DNA of 64,000 nt from an uncultured Veillonellaceae bacterium (GTDB lineage: Bacteria > Bacillota > Negativicutes > Selenomonadales > Selenomonadaceae). Position numbers and translations under genes: made by a program. Shown here piece after piece: positions 29,881-40,478 of the stretch; the stretch's first letter is position 1; every line of letters begins with the position of its first letter. The DNA is taken from NCBI GenBank assembly GCA_945949525.1, contig CAMFES010000002.1, forward strand, positions 12,988 through 76,987. Direction: 5' to 3'. The notes beneath the pieces are model-generated. The model saw only the letters and a list, made by a program, of their open reading frames with translations, had not been told where the DNA came from and made no database searches.

Positions 29881-30819
29881 TCAATAAAATTTTTCCATGA
29901 ATTTATCATATGGCATAAACTTATAATTTCCTGCATAAGATTCTACACGGTTACGATTAGCAATATCGGAAAAATAATATACATTATCATCACCGACCAA
30001 AACTACTTGTATTACTCGTTTATACCAATCCCTTAAACTCATTTCATCATGAAGTATCTTCTCAAACCAAAATGTATAGTCATCATCATCGCCTGAATAT
30101 CCAACATCCGTTGCTAATCTGTATATAACATAATCATCAGTTTTTATATGAGAAGATAACGATAATAAGTTCAATCTTTCTCCTTGAAAACCAAATGTCA
30201 CATTGTTATCAATATCATAAACAATCCACTGATGCATATCTTCGCACCACACTTCAATCATAGTATGGCCATTGTCATAATCATTCCATTCATCCATTGT
30301 TAATACAGTTACAACTCTGCTAGGAACTTTTAATTGTTCTAATACTTCCTTAACCCAAAGCGCACCTCTACCACACGAAACATTTATTTTTCTATTTGTA
30401 GCTATAGTTGATAATTCCTCATTTTTTAAATTCTCATCCTTTCGTCCATGATACATTATCCAACAAATGCTTGACATTAAATCATCTATGGCTTTGAGGG
30501 ATGTTTCACCATTCCATACTATTCGTTGAATTTGTCCTTGTTGACCGCAGAATGAGCGATATACACCATTTTCAGAAAAAGAATACGCCTCCCCATCGAT
30601 AGAATAAGTTCCTGGTGCTATCACCAGCTTATTCGGCAACTGATCTGCTTTCTGGTTTACTATGGGAATATCTTCATTCTTCACACCTATACATCTGTAA
30701 ACGACAGCTTTACCCCCCCCGAATTTATGTTCTTGTTTTTCAAAAACACCACTCATCAACGCAACAACGAGGAACGTAAGCAAAATAATTAATCCCTTAA
30801 CTGTTGTTTTTTTCTTCAT
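29881..30819 (-). CDS. exported or membrane-anchored transglutaminase-like (papain-fold) protein
   Basis: Basic N-terminus plus hydrophobic helix; SCG...GHTMIEVW...WIVYD gives a Cys-His-Asp triad in transglutaminase-like spacing. Confidence 0.65.
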   Translation of the reverse strand: MKKKTTVKGLIILLTFLVVALMSGVFEKQEHKFGGGKAVVYRCIGVKNEDIPIVNQKADQLPNKLVIAPGTYSIDGEAYSFSENGVYRSFCGQQGQIQRIVWNGETSLKAIDDLMSSICWIMYHGRKDENLKNEELSTIATNRKINVSCGRGALWVKEVLEQLKVPSRVVTVLTMDEWNDYDNGHTMIEVWCEDMHQWIVYDIDNNVTFGFQGERLNLLSLSSHIKTDDYVIYRLATDVGYSGDDDDYTFWFEKILHDEMSLRDWYKRVIQVVLVGDDNVYYFSDIANRNRVESYAGNYKFMPYDKFMEKFY

Positions 30820-30823
30820 GGCA

Positions 30824-31912
30824 TTAATAAAACTCCTTAACCACAGCCCGCATATCCTTATCCTTCACCCATGCACTCATAGGCAAACTCATGACTTCCT
30901 TTGCCACCTTCTCTGCAACAGGCACGCTGCCGGTTCCCTGCTTGAGATACTCAAACATTGGCTGCTGGTTAAGCGGAATAGGATAATGCACCGCAGTAGG
31001 TATGCCTGCTTCCCTCAATTTTTCCTGCACGGCATCCCTGTCCTTCACCCGCACCGTATACTGTGCATAGACCGAAGTATTATGCGGCTCTATATAAGGT
31101 ACGATTACTCCCGGCACCTTGCCCAGCATTTCACTGTACTTTGCGCCGATCTCACCACGCAGCCTGACCTCGTCAGCAAAGATTTCCAGCTTTGCCAGAA
31201 GCACCGCTGCCTGCAAGGTATCAAGACGGCTGTTCAGCCCCATGCGCACATGGTGATACCGCCTGTCCTGACCGTGCTTATGAATCATGTCCATGGCCTT
31301 TGCCAGTTCATCATCGTTGGTAAAAATCGCACCGCCATCTCCATAGCACCCTAACGGCTTGGTCGGGAAAAAGCTGGTACAGCCAATGGTGGACAAGCCG
31401 CAGGAACGGCGCCCCTTATAGGTAGCCCCAAAGCTTTGTGCCCCATCCTCGATAACAGGCAGATTATATTTTTCTGCCACAGCATTGATAGCATCAAAAT
31501 CAGCACACTGGCCATAAAGGCTCACCGGCATAATCGCTTTTGTCTTATCAGTAATTGCCTCCTCTATCTTTGCAGGATCCAAGTTATATGTTTTCTCATC
31601 AATATCCACAAAAACCGGAGTTGCTCCCAGCCTGGCAATAACCTCACCAGTGGCCACATAGGTAAACGCCGTGGTGATAACCTCGTCACCAGCACCAATG
31701 CCCAGCCCCATCAGGGCAATCAACAGGGCATCTGTGCCATTGGCACAGGCGATGCAGTGCTTTACCCCCACATAATCAGCCAGCTTTTCTTCCAGTTCCT
31801 TTACCTCCGGCCCCAGAATATACTTGCCATGGGCAAGCACAGCAGCTATCCGCCTGTCCAGGTCTGCCTTGATTTTTTCCTGCTGAGCAGCCAAATCTAT
31901 AAAAGGTATCAT
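30824..31912 (-). CDS. wbpE: UDP-2-acetamido-3-oxo-glucuronate aminotransferase (DegT family)
   Basis: [48 protein letters not shown]; position after wbpA-B-D. Confidence 0.88.
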   Translation of the reverse strand: MIPFIDLAAQQEKIKADLDRRIAAVLAHGKYILGPEVKELEEKLADYVGVKHCIACANGTDALLIALMGLGIGAGDEVITTAFTYVATGEVIARLGATPVFVDIDEKTYNLDPAKIEEAITDKTKAIMPVSLYGQCADFDAINAVAEKYNLPVIEDGAQSFGATYKGRRSCGLSTIGCTSFFPTKPLGCYGDGGAIFTNDDELAKAMDMIHKHGQDRRYHHVRMGLNSRLDTLQAAVLLAKLEIFADEVRLRGEIGAKYSEMLGKVPGVIVPYIEPHNTSVYAQYTVRVKDRDAVQEKLREAGIPTAVHYPIPLNQQPMFEYLKQGTGSVPVAEKVAKEVMSLPMSAWVKDKDMRAVVKEFY

Positions 31913-32505
31913 AACTTCTCGTCCTTTTCTTCCTCTTTGCTTTCCAAAGTCACATCCACGCCGCAACGCTTACACTGCAATACCTTGGCATCTGCGGCCA
32001 CAATCATATCACCGCAGGCACACATATAGCCCCGCACTCTGGCTGGATTGCCGTACACCATAGCATAATCCGGCACATCCTTTGTAACGGTAGAGCCTGC
32101 TCCCACAAAAGCATTGCGCCCCAGCGTAATGCCACAGACCACAGTAGCATTAGCACCAATGCTGGCACCTCTTTTTACCAGCGTCTTTTTATAATCAGCG
32201 GCTGTATTTCTCGGAAACTCGCATCTCGGAGTCCTCACATTGGTAAACACCATGCTTGGCCCGCAAAATACATAATCCTCCAGCTCAACGCCCTCATATA
32301 CGCTGACATTGTTCTGAATCTTAACCTTGTTGCCGATTCTGACATCGTTGCCCACGAATACATTCTGCCCCAGGTTACAGCCGGAGCCGATACTTGCCCC
32401 TTTAGAAATATGGGAAAAATGCCAGATTTTCGTACCTTCTCCAATAGTCACACCATCATCCACATAGGATGATTCATGGACAAAAAATTTCTTTTCCTCA
32501 CTCAT
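31909..32505 (-). CDS. wbpD: hexapeptide-repeat N-acetyltransferase
   Basis: [33 protein letters not shown]. Confidence 0.9.
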   Translation of the reverse strand: MSEEKKFFVHESSYVDDGVTIGEGTKIWHFSHISKGASIGSGCNLGQNVFVGNDVRIGNKVKIQNNVSVYEGVELEDYVFCGPSMVFTNVRTPRCEFPRNTAADYKKTLVKRGASIGANATVVCGITLGRNAFVGAGSTVTKDVPDYAMVYGNPARVRGYMCACGDMIVAADAKVLQCKRCGVDVTLESKEEEKDEKL

Positions 32506-33583
32506 GGTCAAATCTCCCTGCAAAATCCATAGAACTGCACTCTGTCAACGGCAGCTGGACAGCTCTGCCCTCGGCAGCCGACTTATACACAGCCAGCACC
32601 ATCTCCAAAGCATCGCGCCCGGCCCTTGCATCCACATAAGGCTGGCGGTCATTTTCAATGGCATCCACCACATCGGCAAACAGGCTGGTGTGGCCGTTGC
32701 CATATACGTTGCTGGCAGCCTCCTCCAATCCCTTGTTGGCCTTGTCCGCCTCGGTTTCATCAGCAAAATCCCACACATCAATGTTGTTGGTGGATTTTCC
32801 TCCCAGCTTCACCGTGCCAAACTCGCCAAAAACATAAAGGGTTTCCTCCAGATTCTGAGGATATACATTTGTAGTTCCCTCAATGGTGGCAACTGCCCCA
32901 TTTTTGAATGTCACCACAGCCATCCCCACATCCTCTGCCTCCAGATAATGATGCAGCTGCTGACGTGTCTGCCCGTAGACAGATACTACCTCGCCACCCA
33001 TCATCCAGCGCAAAAGGTCAATACCGTGGATGCACTGGTTCATCAATGCGCCGCCGTCCTGTGCCCAGGTGCCCCGCCAGGGAGCCTGAGTGTAGTACCC
33101 CTTGTTGCGGTTCCAGCGCACATGGATGCTGCCGTGGGACAGCTTGCCAAATCTGCCAGCCTCCACAGCTCTTCGCAGCTGCTGGACAGCAATATTAAAC
33201 CTGTTCTGATGGCAGGCTGAAACCTTTACATGCTGCGCTTCCGCCCGGCGTATAATCTCATCTGCATCAGCAATACTCATAGCCATCGGCTTTTCAATAA
33301 TCAGGTTGATGCCATGGTCTATGCAGTACAGGGCAATCTCTGCATGGAGGCCGCTTTCCGTAGCAATGCTGACCAGCTGGATTTCCGGATGCTCTGCAAC
33401 CATCTCCCTGTAGTCCGTATAGCGCAAAATAGAAGCATCCTGCGCCAAATCATGCTTTGCCAAAAGCTCCTCCATCTTTTCCGGCAATACATCACATACA
33501 GCCACCAGCTCCAGATTGTTATTCAGTACAGCCTTGATATGATTTGTAGCAATCCTACCACAGCCAATAAGTGCATATTTCAT
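32498..33583 (-). CDS. wbpB: Gfo/Idh/MocA oxidoreductase (UDP-GlcNAcA 3-dehydrogenase)
   Basis: [36 protein letters not shown]. Confidence 0.85.
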   Translation of the reverse strand: MKYALIGCGRIATNHIKAVLNNNLELVAVCDVLPEKMEELLAKHDLAQDASILRYTDYREMVAEHPEIQLVSIATESGLHAEIALYCIDHGINLIIEKPMAMSIADADEIIRRAEAQHVKVSACHQNRFNIAVQQLRRAVEAGRFGKLSHGSIHVRWNRNKGYYTQAPWRGTWAQDGGALMNQCIHGIDLLRWMMGGEVVSVYGQTRQQLHHYLEAEDVGMAVVTFKNGAVATIEGTTNVYPQNLEETLYVFGEFGTVKLGGKSTNNIDVWDFADETEADKANKGLEEAASNVYGNGHTSLFADVVDAIENDRQPYVDARAGRDALEMVLAVYKSAAEGRAVQLPLTECSSMDFAGRFDHE

Positions 33584-33586
33584 AGC

Positions 33587-34918
33587 TTACAAAACCTCGA
33601 TATTTTCTCTCTCTGCAATATTCTTCATAACATTTTTGGCATCAAACACCGCCGAGGCATGCCTTTGTACCAGCTCATAATCCACATTGGTATGAGCCGT
33701 GGTCACCACCACTATATCTGCCGCCCGCAGCACTGCCTCATTCAGCTCCGTCAGCCCCTTATAACTCTGCCCCTTGTACCTGTACTCGGCCACCCACGGG
33801 TCATAATAGCTGACAGATGCGCCCCGCTTCTTGAATTCCTCAATCACCCGCAGGGCCGGGCTTTCCCGATAGTCATCAATATCCTGCTTGTAGGCCACGC
33901 CCAGTACAAGTACATTTGCACCATTGATAGCCTTTTTGTGCCTGTTCAGTACCTCGCCGCATCGGTCAACGGTGTATTCCGGCATCCTGTCATTAATCAT
34001 GCCGGATGCCTCAATCAATGAGGTATGAAAGCCGTACTCCCTGGCCTTCCAGGACAGGTAATAAGGGTCCAGCGGTATGCAATGGCCGCCCAGTCCCGGC
34101 CCCGGATAAAATGCCTGAAAGCCATAAGGCTTGGTCTTGGCCGCATCCACCACCTCCCACATGCTGATGCCCAGCTTGTGGCACAGCATGGTCAGCTCGT
34201 TGACCAGAGCAATGTTGATATTGCGGTATGTATTCTCCAAAATCTTTTCCATCTCGGCCACAGCCGGCGAGGAAACCTCATAGATATCGCTGTCCAGCAC
34301 CTGACGGTACATCTCGGCTATAACGTGGGTTGCTTCCTTGCCGATGCCCCCTACTACCTTTGGCGTGTTTCTTGTCTTGTAGAGAAGATTGCCAGGGTCA
34401 ACCCGCTCCGGTGAAAAGCCCAGCAGAAAATCCTCGCCGCAAGTAAGGCCGGAGCCTTCCTCCAGAATAGGCTTCAAAAGTTCCTCCGTCGTTCCCGGAT
34501 AGGTGGTGGACTCCAGCACCACAATGGTTTCCTTCGTCAGATACTTGGCAATCGCCCTGGCACTGTCCCGCACATAGCTGATGTCCGGCTGCTGATGCTC
34601 GTCCAGCGGCGTCGGCACGCAGATGGCCACAAAGTCTACATCCCTGATAAAGCTGAAATCAGTAGTGGCAGACAGCATGCCGGACTGCACCAATGCCGCC
34701 AAATCCTCATTGACCACATCGCCGATGTAGTTGTGCCCGGCATTGACCATGTCCACCTTTGCTTTCTGCACATCAAAGCCGATGGTGCGGAACCCAGCCT
34801 TTGCCTTTTCCACCGCCAGGGGCAGACCCACATAGCCCAGCCCCACTACGCCAACCTTTGCCTCATGTGAAATTATTTTCTTTCTCAAATTTGCCAAAGT
34901 ATCCATTTTCTCACCCAT
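33587..34918 (-). CDS. wbpA: UDP-N-acetylglucosamine 6-dehydrogenase
   Basis: GLGYVGLP, CVPTP, ESTTYPGTT, SPERVDPGN, PGPGLGGHCIP. Confidence 0.9.
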   Translation of the reverse strand: MGEKMDTLANLRKKIISHEAKVGVVGLGYVGLPLAVEKAKAGFRTIGFDVQKAKVDMVNAGHNYIGDVVNEDLAALVQSGMLSATTDFSFIRDVDFVAICVPTPLDEHQQPDISYVRDSARAIAKYLTKETIVVLESTTYPGTTEELLKPILEEGSGLTCGEDFLLGFSPERVDPGNLLYKTRNTPKVVGGIGKEATHVIAEMYRQVLDSDIYEVSSPAVAEMEKILENTYRNINIALVNELTMLCHKLGISMWEVVDAAKTKPYGFQAFYPGPGLGGHCIPLDPYYLSWKAREYGFHTSLIEASGMINDRMPEYTVDRCGEVLNRHKKAINGANVLVLGVAYKQDIDDYRESPALRVIEEFKKRGASVSYYDPWVAEYRYKGQSYKGLTELNEAVLRAADIVVVTTAHTNVDYELVQRHASAVFDAKNVMKNIAERENIEVL

Positions 34919-36746
34919 TTACCTTTAAATTTTGCAATGCCCTGCTGTTATATGTTGGAATCAGTTCCTTAATAACAGTCAGTATCTTATATGTATCCTT
35001 TTCATGCTCAAGGGAATTGATTTTCTCCATCATTTCCGGTGTGGCCACATCGCCGATAGGCGCCTCAAATATCCGCTCATGGCAGGTCTTCTGTGTGCCT
35101 TCCTCCGCTGTCAAAAGCTCCTCATAAAGCTTCTCTCCGGGGCGCAGGCCGGTAAACACAAACTTGATATCCTTATCCGGAATCAGTCCGTGCAGCTCTA
35201 CCAAATCCCTGGCCATATCCAGTATCTTCACAGGCTCGCCCATATCCAGCAGGAACACCTCGCCCCCCTTGGAAAAGGTGCCTGCCTGCAGCACCAGCTG
35301 CGCCGCCTCCGGAATCGTCATAAAATACCGCACCATCTCCGGGTCAGTAATGGTTATAGGGCCGCCCTTGGCAATCTGCTTCTTGAACAGCGGCACCACA
35401 CTGCCGCGGCTACCCAGTACGTTGCCAAACCTCACAATGGCAAACTTGGTGTTGCTGTGCCGGTTCATATCCTGCACCACCAGTTCCGCCAGCCGCTTGC
35501 TGGCTCCCATGACGCTTGTGGGATTTACCGCCTTGTCGGTGGAAATCATCACAAAGGCCTCCGCCCCGTATCTGTCTGCCGCCTGCGCCACATGCCTAGT
35601 TCCAAAAATGTTATTTTTCACTGCTTCCACCGGCTGAGCCTCCATCAGAGGCACATGCTTGTGGGCAGCTGCATGAAAAACCAGCTGGGGCCTGTACTGA
35701 CTGAATACGCTGTCTATCCTCTCTTCATCCCGGATATCTGCAATAACAGGAACATACCTTTCTGCCCCAAACTTCTCCACCAGCTCCTGATGAATCTCAT
35801 ATATGCTGTTTTCGCCCCGCCCCAGCAAAATCAGCTTTGCTGGCCTGGCTTTGGAAATCTGACGGCACAGCTCCGAACCGATCGAACCACCGGCACCCGT
35901 CACCATAACCACCTTGTTCTCTATATACCTGCTGATGGCATCCATATCCAGCTGGATGCTGTCACGGCGCAGCAAATCCTCCAGCTCGATATTGCGGAGC
36001 TGCTGCACGGATACCTTGCCGTCAATCAGCTCATACAGCCCCGGCAGTACCTTCACATGGCAGCCCAGACCGCGGCACTTACCGGCCGCCTTCTTGATGA
36101 TGCTGCCCTTTACCGACGGCATGGCAATGATTATCTCACGGACGCCATTGTCCCTCACAATCTCATCCAGCTGGTCACTGCTGCCCAGCACTCCGTACCC
36201 CAGCAGCTTCCGGCCTATTTTGCTTTTGTCATCATCCACAAACCCCAGCAGCTTGCCGCCCTCGCCCCGCTGCACCAGCTCACGGGCAATCATCACGCCT
36301 GCATCACCGGCACCGATAATCAAAAGGCTTTTGTCAGGCTCGCCTCCAAAGCGGCTCTGATTCATCAGTAGCAGCATCCTGACCACCAGTCGGGAAAAGC
36401 ATATCAGCCCCACATCCAGAATGTAGGAAATAACATAGATGCTGCGGGGCAGATTCACCTGCATATACATTGCCAGCAGGGCAATCACCACATTGGCTAT
36501 GGTGCAGGCCCCTATGATAGAGAACATGTCTCGCACTGTAGCATAGCGCCAGATTCTGTTGTAGATGCCATAAAAGTAAAATGCCCCTATCTTGATGATA
36601 ACTGCCACCGGCAGCACCTTCATCAGCACATTAAAATATGGACTTCCCACATCTCCGTCCAGCCGCAGCAGCAGAGCCGCAAAAGGTACTGCTGCTAATA
36701 TTGCCGCGTCGAACAGGATAAAATAAAGCTGCTCAGATTTCAGCAC
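34911..36746 (-). CDS. membrane-bound UDP-GlcNAc 4,6-dehydratase (PglF/WbpM/CapD family)
   Basis: N-terminal TMs, TGAGGSIGSEL, HAAAHKHVP, STDKAVNPTSVMGASK, RFGNVLGSRGSV, GLRPGEKLYEEL. Confidence 0.95.
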   Translation of the reverse strand: MLKSEQLYFILFDAAILAAVPFAALLLRLDGDVGSPYFNVLMKVLPVAVIIKIGAFYFYGIYNRIWRYATVRDMFSIIGACTIANVVIALLAMYMQVNLPRSIYVISYILDVGLICFSRLVVRMLLLMNQSRFGGEPDKSLLIIGAGDAGVMIARELVQRGEGGKLLGFVDDDKSKIGRKLLGYGVLGSSDQLDEIVRDNGVREIIIAMPSVKGSIIKKAAGKCRGLGCHVKVLPGLYELIDGKVSVQQLRNIELEDLLRRDSIQLDMDAISRYIENKVVMVTGAGGSIGSELCRQISKARPAKLILLGRGENSIYEIHQELVEKFGAERYVPVIADIRDEERIDSVFSQYRPQLVFHAAAHKHVPLMEAQPVEAVKNNIFGTRHVAQAADRYGAEAFVMISTDKAVNPTSVMGASKRLAELVVQDMNRHSNTKFAIVRFGNVLGSRGSVVPLFKKQIAKGGPITITDPEMVRYFMTIPEAAQLVLQAGTFSKGGEVFLLDMGEPVKILDMARDLVELHGLIPDKDIKFVFTGLRPGEKLYEELLTAEEGTQKTCHERIFEAPIGDVATPEMMEKINSLEHEKDTYKILTVIKELIPTYNSRALQNLKVNG

Positions 36747-36928
36747 TGGTAAAATCCCTTTCCATAAAACATCAACTTATCCACATGTCTACCATGTTAG
36801 CACAAAAGAACCCCCCCGCAAGACATTTTTAACAAAAAAGATAAAAATTTTAACAATCGCAATAAAATGTCTTGCATGTTACTTTCGGCAAAGGATTTCA
36901 TTTGACAATCTGTGCTAAAAAAGCCCAC

Positions 36929-36964
36929 AAAAAAACTCCTGACCGGTTCAAAACCAGTCAGGAG
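36929..36964 (-). terminator. intrinsic terminator after plsY
   Basis: CTCCTGAC/GTCAGGAG hairpin followed by T7 on the minus strand. Confidence 0.7.
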
Positions 36965-37027
36965 CCACTCCCAAATTTAACTGAAAAATATTTTCAGAAT
37001 CTGTATATATATCTGTGTATCACGGCA

Positions 37028-37621
37028 TTATTTTGCCGCCTTGATTTTGCTCTCTGTACCATTCAGAAGCCTTTCAATATTACTCTTGTGACGGTAGATG
37101 ATAAACACCGCCGCTATGAGGCCCAGCACCAGAAACTCGGTGTGCAGCCCGAAAAACAGAGCCAGAATCGGCACCAGTGCCGCCCCGATAATGGACCCCA
37201 GGGACACATAGCCGGTGAAGTACACAATGGCGAACCATACAGCAAAGACAATCAGGGTCACTGTCGGCATGAGGGCCGCAATAACCCCCAGGCCGGTAGC
37301 CACGCCCTTGCCCCCCTTGAAGGACAGGAATACCGACCAGGAATGGCCGGCAATGGCCAGCAGGCCGCAGATAATCCCGGCAAGCTCGCTGCCCCCCAGA
37401 TGAAGGCCCAGATAGGCACTGATGGCACCCTTCAAAAAGTCCAGGGCAAAAATGCTGATGCCCCCGGCCTTGCCGATGGTGCGCCATGCGTTGGTAGCGC
37501 CAATGTTTTTACTGCCATGCTGGCGCAAATCAACGCCCCAGATGGTCTTGCCCAAAATCAGGCCGTTAGGAATAGAACCAAGAAGATAGCTGATTGCAGC
37601 TGCCACAATAAAATCCAGCAT
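37028..37621 (-). CDS. plsY: glycerol-3-phosphate acyltransferase PlsY
   Basis: YLLGSIP, GSKNIGATN, FKGGKGVATG, RHKSNIERL. Confidence 0.96.
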   Translation of the reverse strand: MLDFIVAAAISYLLGSIPNGLILGKTIWGVDLRQHGSKNIGATNAWRTIGKAGGISIFALDFLKGAISAYLGLHLGGSELAGIICGLLAIAGHSWSVFLSFKGGKGVATGLGVIAALMPTVTLIVFAVWFAIVYFTGYVSLGSIIGAALVPILALFFGLHTEFLVLGLIAAVFIIYRHKSNIERLLNGTESKIKAAK

Positions 37622-37622
37622 T

Positions 37623-38954
37623 TCAGAAATCCTCCTCTTCCTTGCGTCCACGAACAATCAATTTTAACGGCGTTCCCTCAAAGCCAAAGCTCTCCCGCAA
37701 GCGGTTCTCCAAAAAGCGCAGATAGGAGAAATGCATCAGCTCAGGGTCATTGACAAATATGATGAACTTCGGAGGCTGAATGTCAGCCTGGGTCATAAAG
37801 AAAATCTTCAGCTGCTTGCCGCGATGGGACGGCGGCGGATTGACAGACACAGCATCCCGTATAAGCTCGTTCAGCACACTGGTCTGAATGCGCATGGACT
37901 GCTGGTCAGCCACATACTTTACCAGCTCCGTAATGCGATGGATGCGCTGCCCCGTCAGGGCGGAGGTATACAGCACCGGCGCATACTGCAAAAAGCCGAT
38001 TTCATCCCGCAAATCCTCTGTAAAGCGCAGGGTGGACTTGTCATCCTTGTCAGGGAATACATCCCATTTGTTGACAACGATAATTACGCCCTTGCCGGAT
38101 TCATGGGCATAGCCTGCAATCTTCTTGTCCTGCTCCGTGATGCCCTCCTCCGCGTTGATGACCATCAGCACCACATCGGCGCGGTCAACGGCCCGGAGGG
38201 AGCGCATGACGCTGTAACGCTCTACAGCCTCGTCTATCTTGCCCTTGCGGCGCATGCCTGCTGTATCTATCAGCATGAACTTGATATTATCCGACACGAA
38301 ATGAGTATCGATGGCATCACGAGTAGTTCCCGGCACATTGCTGACAATCACGCGATTTTCCCCAATCAGGGCGTTAACAATAGAGGACTTGCCCACATTC
38401 GGGCGGCCGATAACGGCGATGCTGATTTCGTCCTCCTCCTTGTCTTCCCCGGTGGTTTCAGGAAAAGCAGCTACTACTGCATCCAGCAAATCTCCCAAGC
38501 CCAGGGAGTTGGAGGCAGCTATGCCCATAGGCTCACCCAGACCCAGGCTGTAGAACTCATACACACCGGCCTCCAGCTGAGGGCTGTCAATCTTGTTCAC
38601 CGCCAGAATAACAGGCTTTTTTGTGTTTCTCAGCATGCGGCCCACTTCCTCGTCCGCAGTTGTCAGACCGGCGCGGCCATCCACCACGAACACAATGACA
38701 TCAGCCTCCTCCATGGCCACCAGCGCCTGCTGGCGCATGGATTTCAGGATGTGGTCATCATCCTCAAACTCAATACCGCCTGTATCTATCATGGTAAAGG
38801 TATGATTCAGCCATTCTGCATCCATATAGATGCGGTCACGGGTAACACCCGGCATGTCGTCCACAATAGAAACACGCCTCTTGCCAATCTGGTTGAACAG
38901 GGTTGATTTGCCCACATTTGGACGGCCTACAATAGCTACTATAGGTTTACTCAT
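37623..38954 (-). CDS. der: ribosome biogenesis GTPase Der (EngA)
   Basis: Two GRPNVGKS P-loops, DTGG/DTAG, NKID/NKWD. Confidence 0.98.
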   Translation of the reverse strand: MSKPIVAIVGRPNVGKSTLFNQIGKRRVSIVDDMPGVTRDRIYMDAEWLNHTFTMIDTGGIEFEDDDHILKSMRQQALVAMEEADVIVFVVDGRAGLTTADEEVGRMLRNTKKPVILAVNKIDSPQLEAGVYEFYSLGLGEPMGIAASNSLGLGDLLDAVVAAFPETTGEDKEEDEISIAVIGRPNVGKSSIVNALIGENRVIVSNVPGTTRDAIDTHFVSDNIKFMLIDTAGMRRKGKIDEAVERYSVMRSLRAVDRADVVLMVINAEEGITEQDKKIAGYAHESGKGVIIVVNKWDVFPDKDDKSTLRFTEDLRDEIGFLQYAPVLYTSALTGQRIHRITELVKYVADQQSMRIQTSVLNELIRDAVSVNPPPSHRGKQLKIFFMTQADIQPPKFIIFVNDPELMHFSYLRFLENRLRESFGFEGTPLKLIVRGRKEEEDF

Positions 38955-38955
38955 A

Positions 38956-40395
38956 CTACATTCCTCCTCTCTTTGTATAGGCAGCGTTGCTCTGCCACAT
39001 ATAGGAAGCGGCCTCATCACCGATGCCGCCGTAATTCTCCCAGTCCGTCAGGGCATGAAAATACTCATGACCACTGCCTACTGTTTCTACCCGGCAGGGC
39101 AGCCTGCCGCAAAACTCGCTCAGGGTCATATCATCCAGAAATACGTTGTCCCCTGTGCGAAGGGCTGATTCAGGTATAAGGATGCCATCCACCTCTCCGG
39201 CCACTTTCTCCAGCGAGGCCAGCATGTCCTTTGCCGTCAGCAGTCCTGATACATTGACGCTGGTACCAAAATGTTTATTTGCCACTGGCACCATGGTCAC
39301 GCGCAGCTGCTCTGACTGGACAGAACCGGCCAGCTTTTCCAGCAAAGAAGAAATTGATGTGCCGGATACCACGGCCAGATGCAGGGATTTCTCCGCCGCT
39401 GTATTGCCAGTAGAAGCACGAACAGCATCAATATCCCCTTCGGAAGCTATGCCTTCCTCCTGCCCCAAGGCTACGGCCTCTTGAAATTCCTCCACAAAAT
39501 TCCGCGCCAGCCCAATGCCATTGTCCAGCTGGGGAAAACCATCATAGTATTCCGCCGGTGGCAGCTCCCTGCCAGCCAGCAGATAAAACTCATCCGCCAA
39601 ATAAACAAAGGTGCGGCCATCCTTTTCCCGCTGCTTGCATTGATACTTTTCCACCTGCGCCACTACCCTGGCGGCACTTTCCCTATCAAATGCTTTCAGC
39701 GGATAGCGGTCCTGACGGAATTTTGTCAGTCCCACCGGCACAATGGCCACAGAGAGGGCATGGGGCTGCCGGGCAATAATATCCTGCAGGGAGCGTTCCA
39801 GTTCCTCCCCATCATTCAAATCACGGCACAGGACAATCTGGGTGTGATACTCCACATCTGCCGCCTCCAGCTTGTCCAGCTGCCCGGCCAGATTGCCCGC
39901 TGTCTTGCAGCGCAGCAGCTTCTGGCGCAAATCCGGGTTGGTACACTGCACCGAAACAAACAAAGGAGAAAGATGATACTGCTTTATGCGCTGGAAATCC
40001 GCATCCACCATGTTGGTCATGGTGATGAAATTGCCGTACAGAAAGGACATGCGATAGTCATCGTCCTTGATGTTCAGGCTTTCCCGCATATCTGGCGCCA
40101 CCTGGTCCACAAAGCAGAACAGACAGTTGTTGGCGCAGTGCCTGATGCCGTCAAAAACGGCTGATTCAAACTCCGCCCCCAGCTCTTCATCATAGTCCTT
40201 GTCAAATTCATAGACCTCCTGCTGGCCGTCCTCATGCTCTACCAGCATGGTGATTTCCTCATCGGCAAAGGCAAAGCTCACATCAATAATGTCACGGAGC
40301 TTCATGCCGTTAATCTCCAGCAGCTTATCTCCCGGAACCAGCTCCAGCTCTTCCGCCAGGCTGTCAGGATAAACCTTCAGTATTTTGCCGTACAT
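38956..40395 (-). CDS. DUF512 / PDZ-containing radical-SAM-like Fe-S protein
   Basis: CANNCLFCFVDQ, KDDDYRMSFLYGNF, conserved position before der. Confidence 0.88.
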   Translation of the reverse strand: MYGKILKVYPDSLAEELELVPGDKLLEINGMKLRDIIDVSFAFADEEITMLVEHEDGQQEVYEFDKDYDEELGAEFESAVFDGIRHCANNCLFCFVDQVAPDMRESLNIKDDDYRMSFLYGNFITMTNMVDADFQRIKQYHLSPLFVSVQCTNPDLRQKLLRCKTAGNLAGQLDKLEAADVEYHTQIVLCRDLNDGEELERSLQDIIARQPHALSVAIVPVGLTKFRQDRYPLKAFDRESAARVVAQVEKYQCKQREKDGRTFVYLADEFYLLAGRELPPAEYYDGFPQLDNGIGLARNFVEEFQEAVALGQEEGIASEGDIDAVRASTGNTAAEKSLHLAVVSGTSISSLLEKLAGSVQSEQLRVTMVPVANKHFGTSVNVSGLLTAKDMLASLEKVAGEVDGILIPESALRTGDNVFLDDMTLSEFCGRLPCRVETVGSGHEYFHALTDWENYGGIGDEAASYMWQSNAAYTKRGGM

Positions 40396-40478
40396 CTTCC
40401 CCCTCCTTTGTAACAGAAAGTAAGGAGTGATGAACCCACCACTCCTTGCAAAAAATCTTTGTTTTGTTGGACGCCGAA

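Noticed and set aside
34932-36371. Long plus-strand ORFs such as 34932-36371, 2133-3218, 37731-38906, 40446-41477, 46190-47449 and 60684-62021
   Set aside because: Antisense shadows of well-supported minus-strand genes in GC-rich sequence; no motifs or RBS.
36777-36785. Perfect DnaA box TTATCCACA upstream of the glycan locus
   Set aside because: Single occurrence with no cluster or origin context; compatible with chance.
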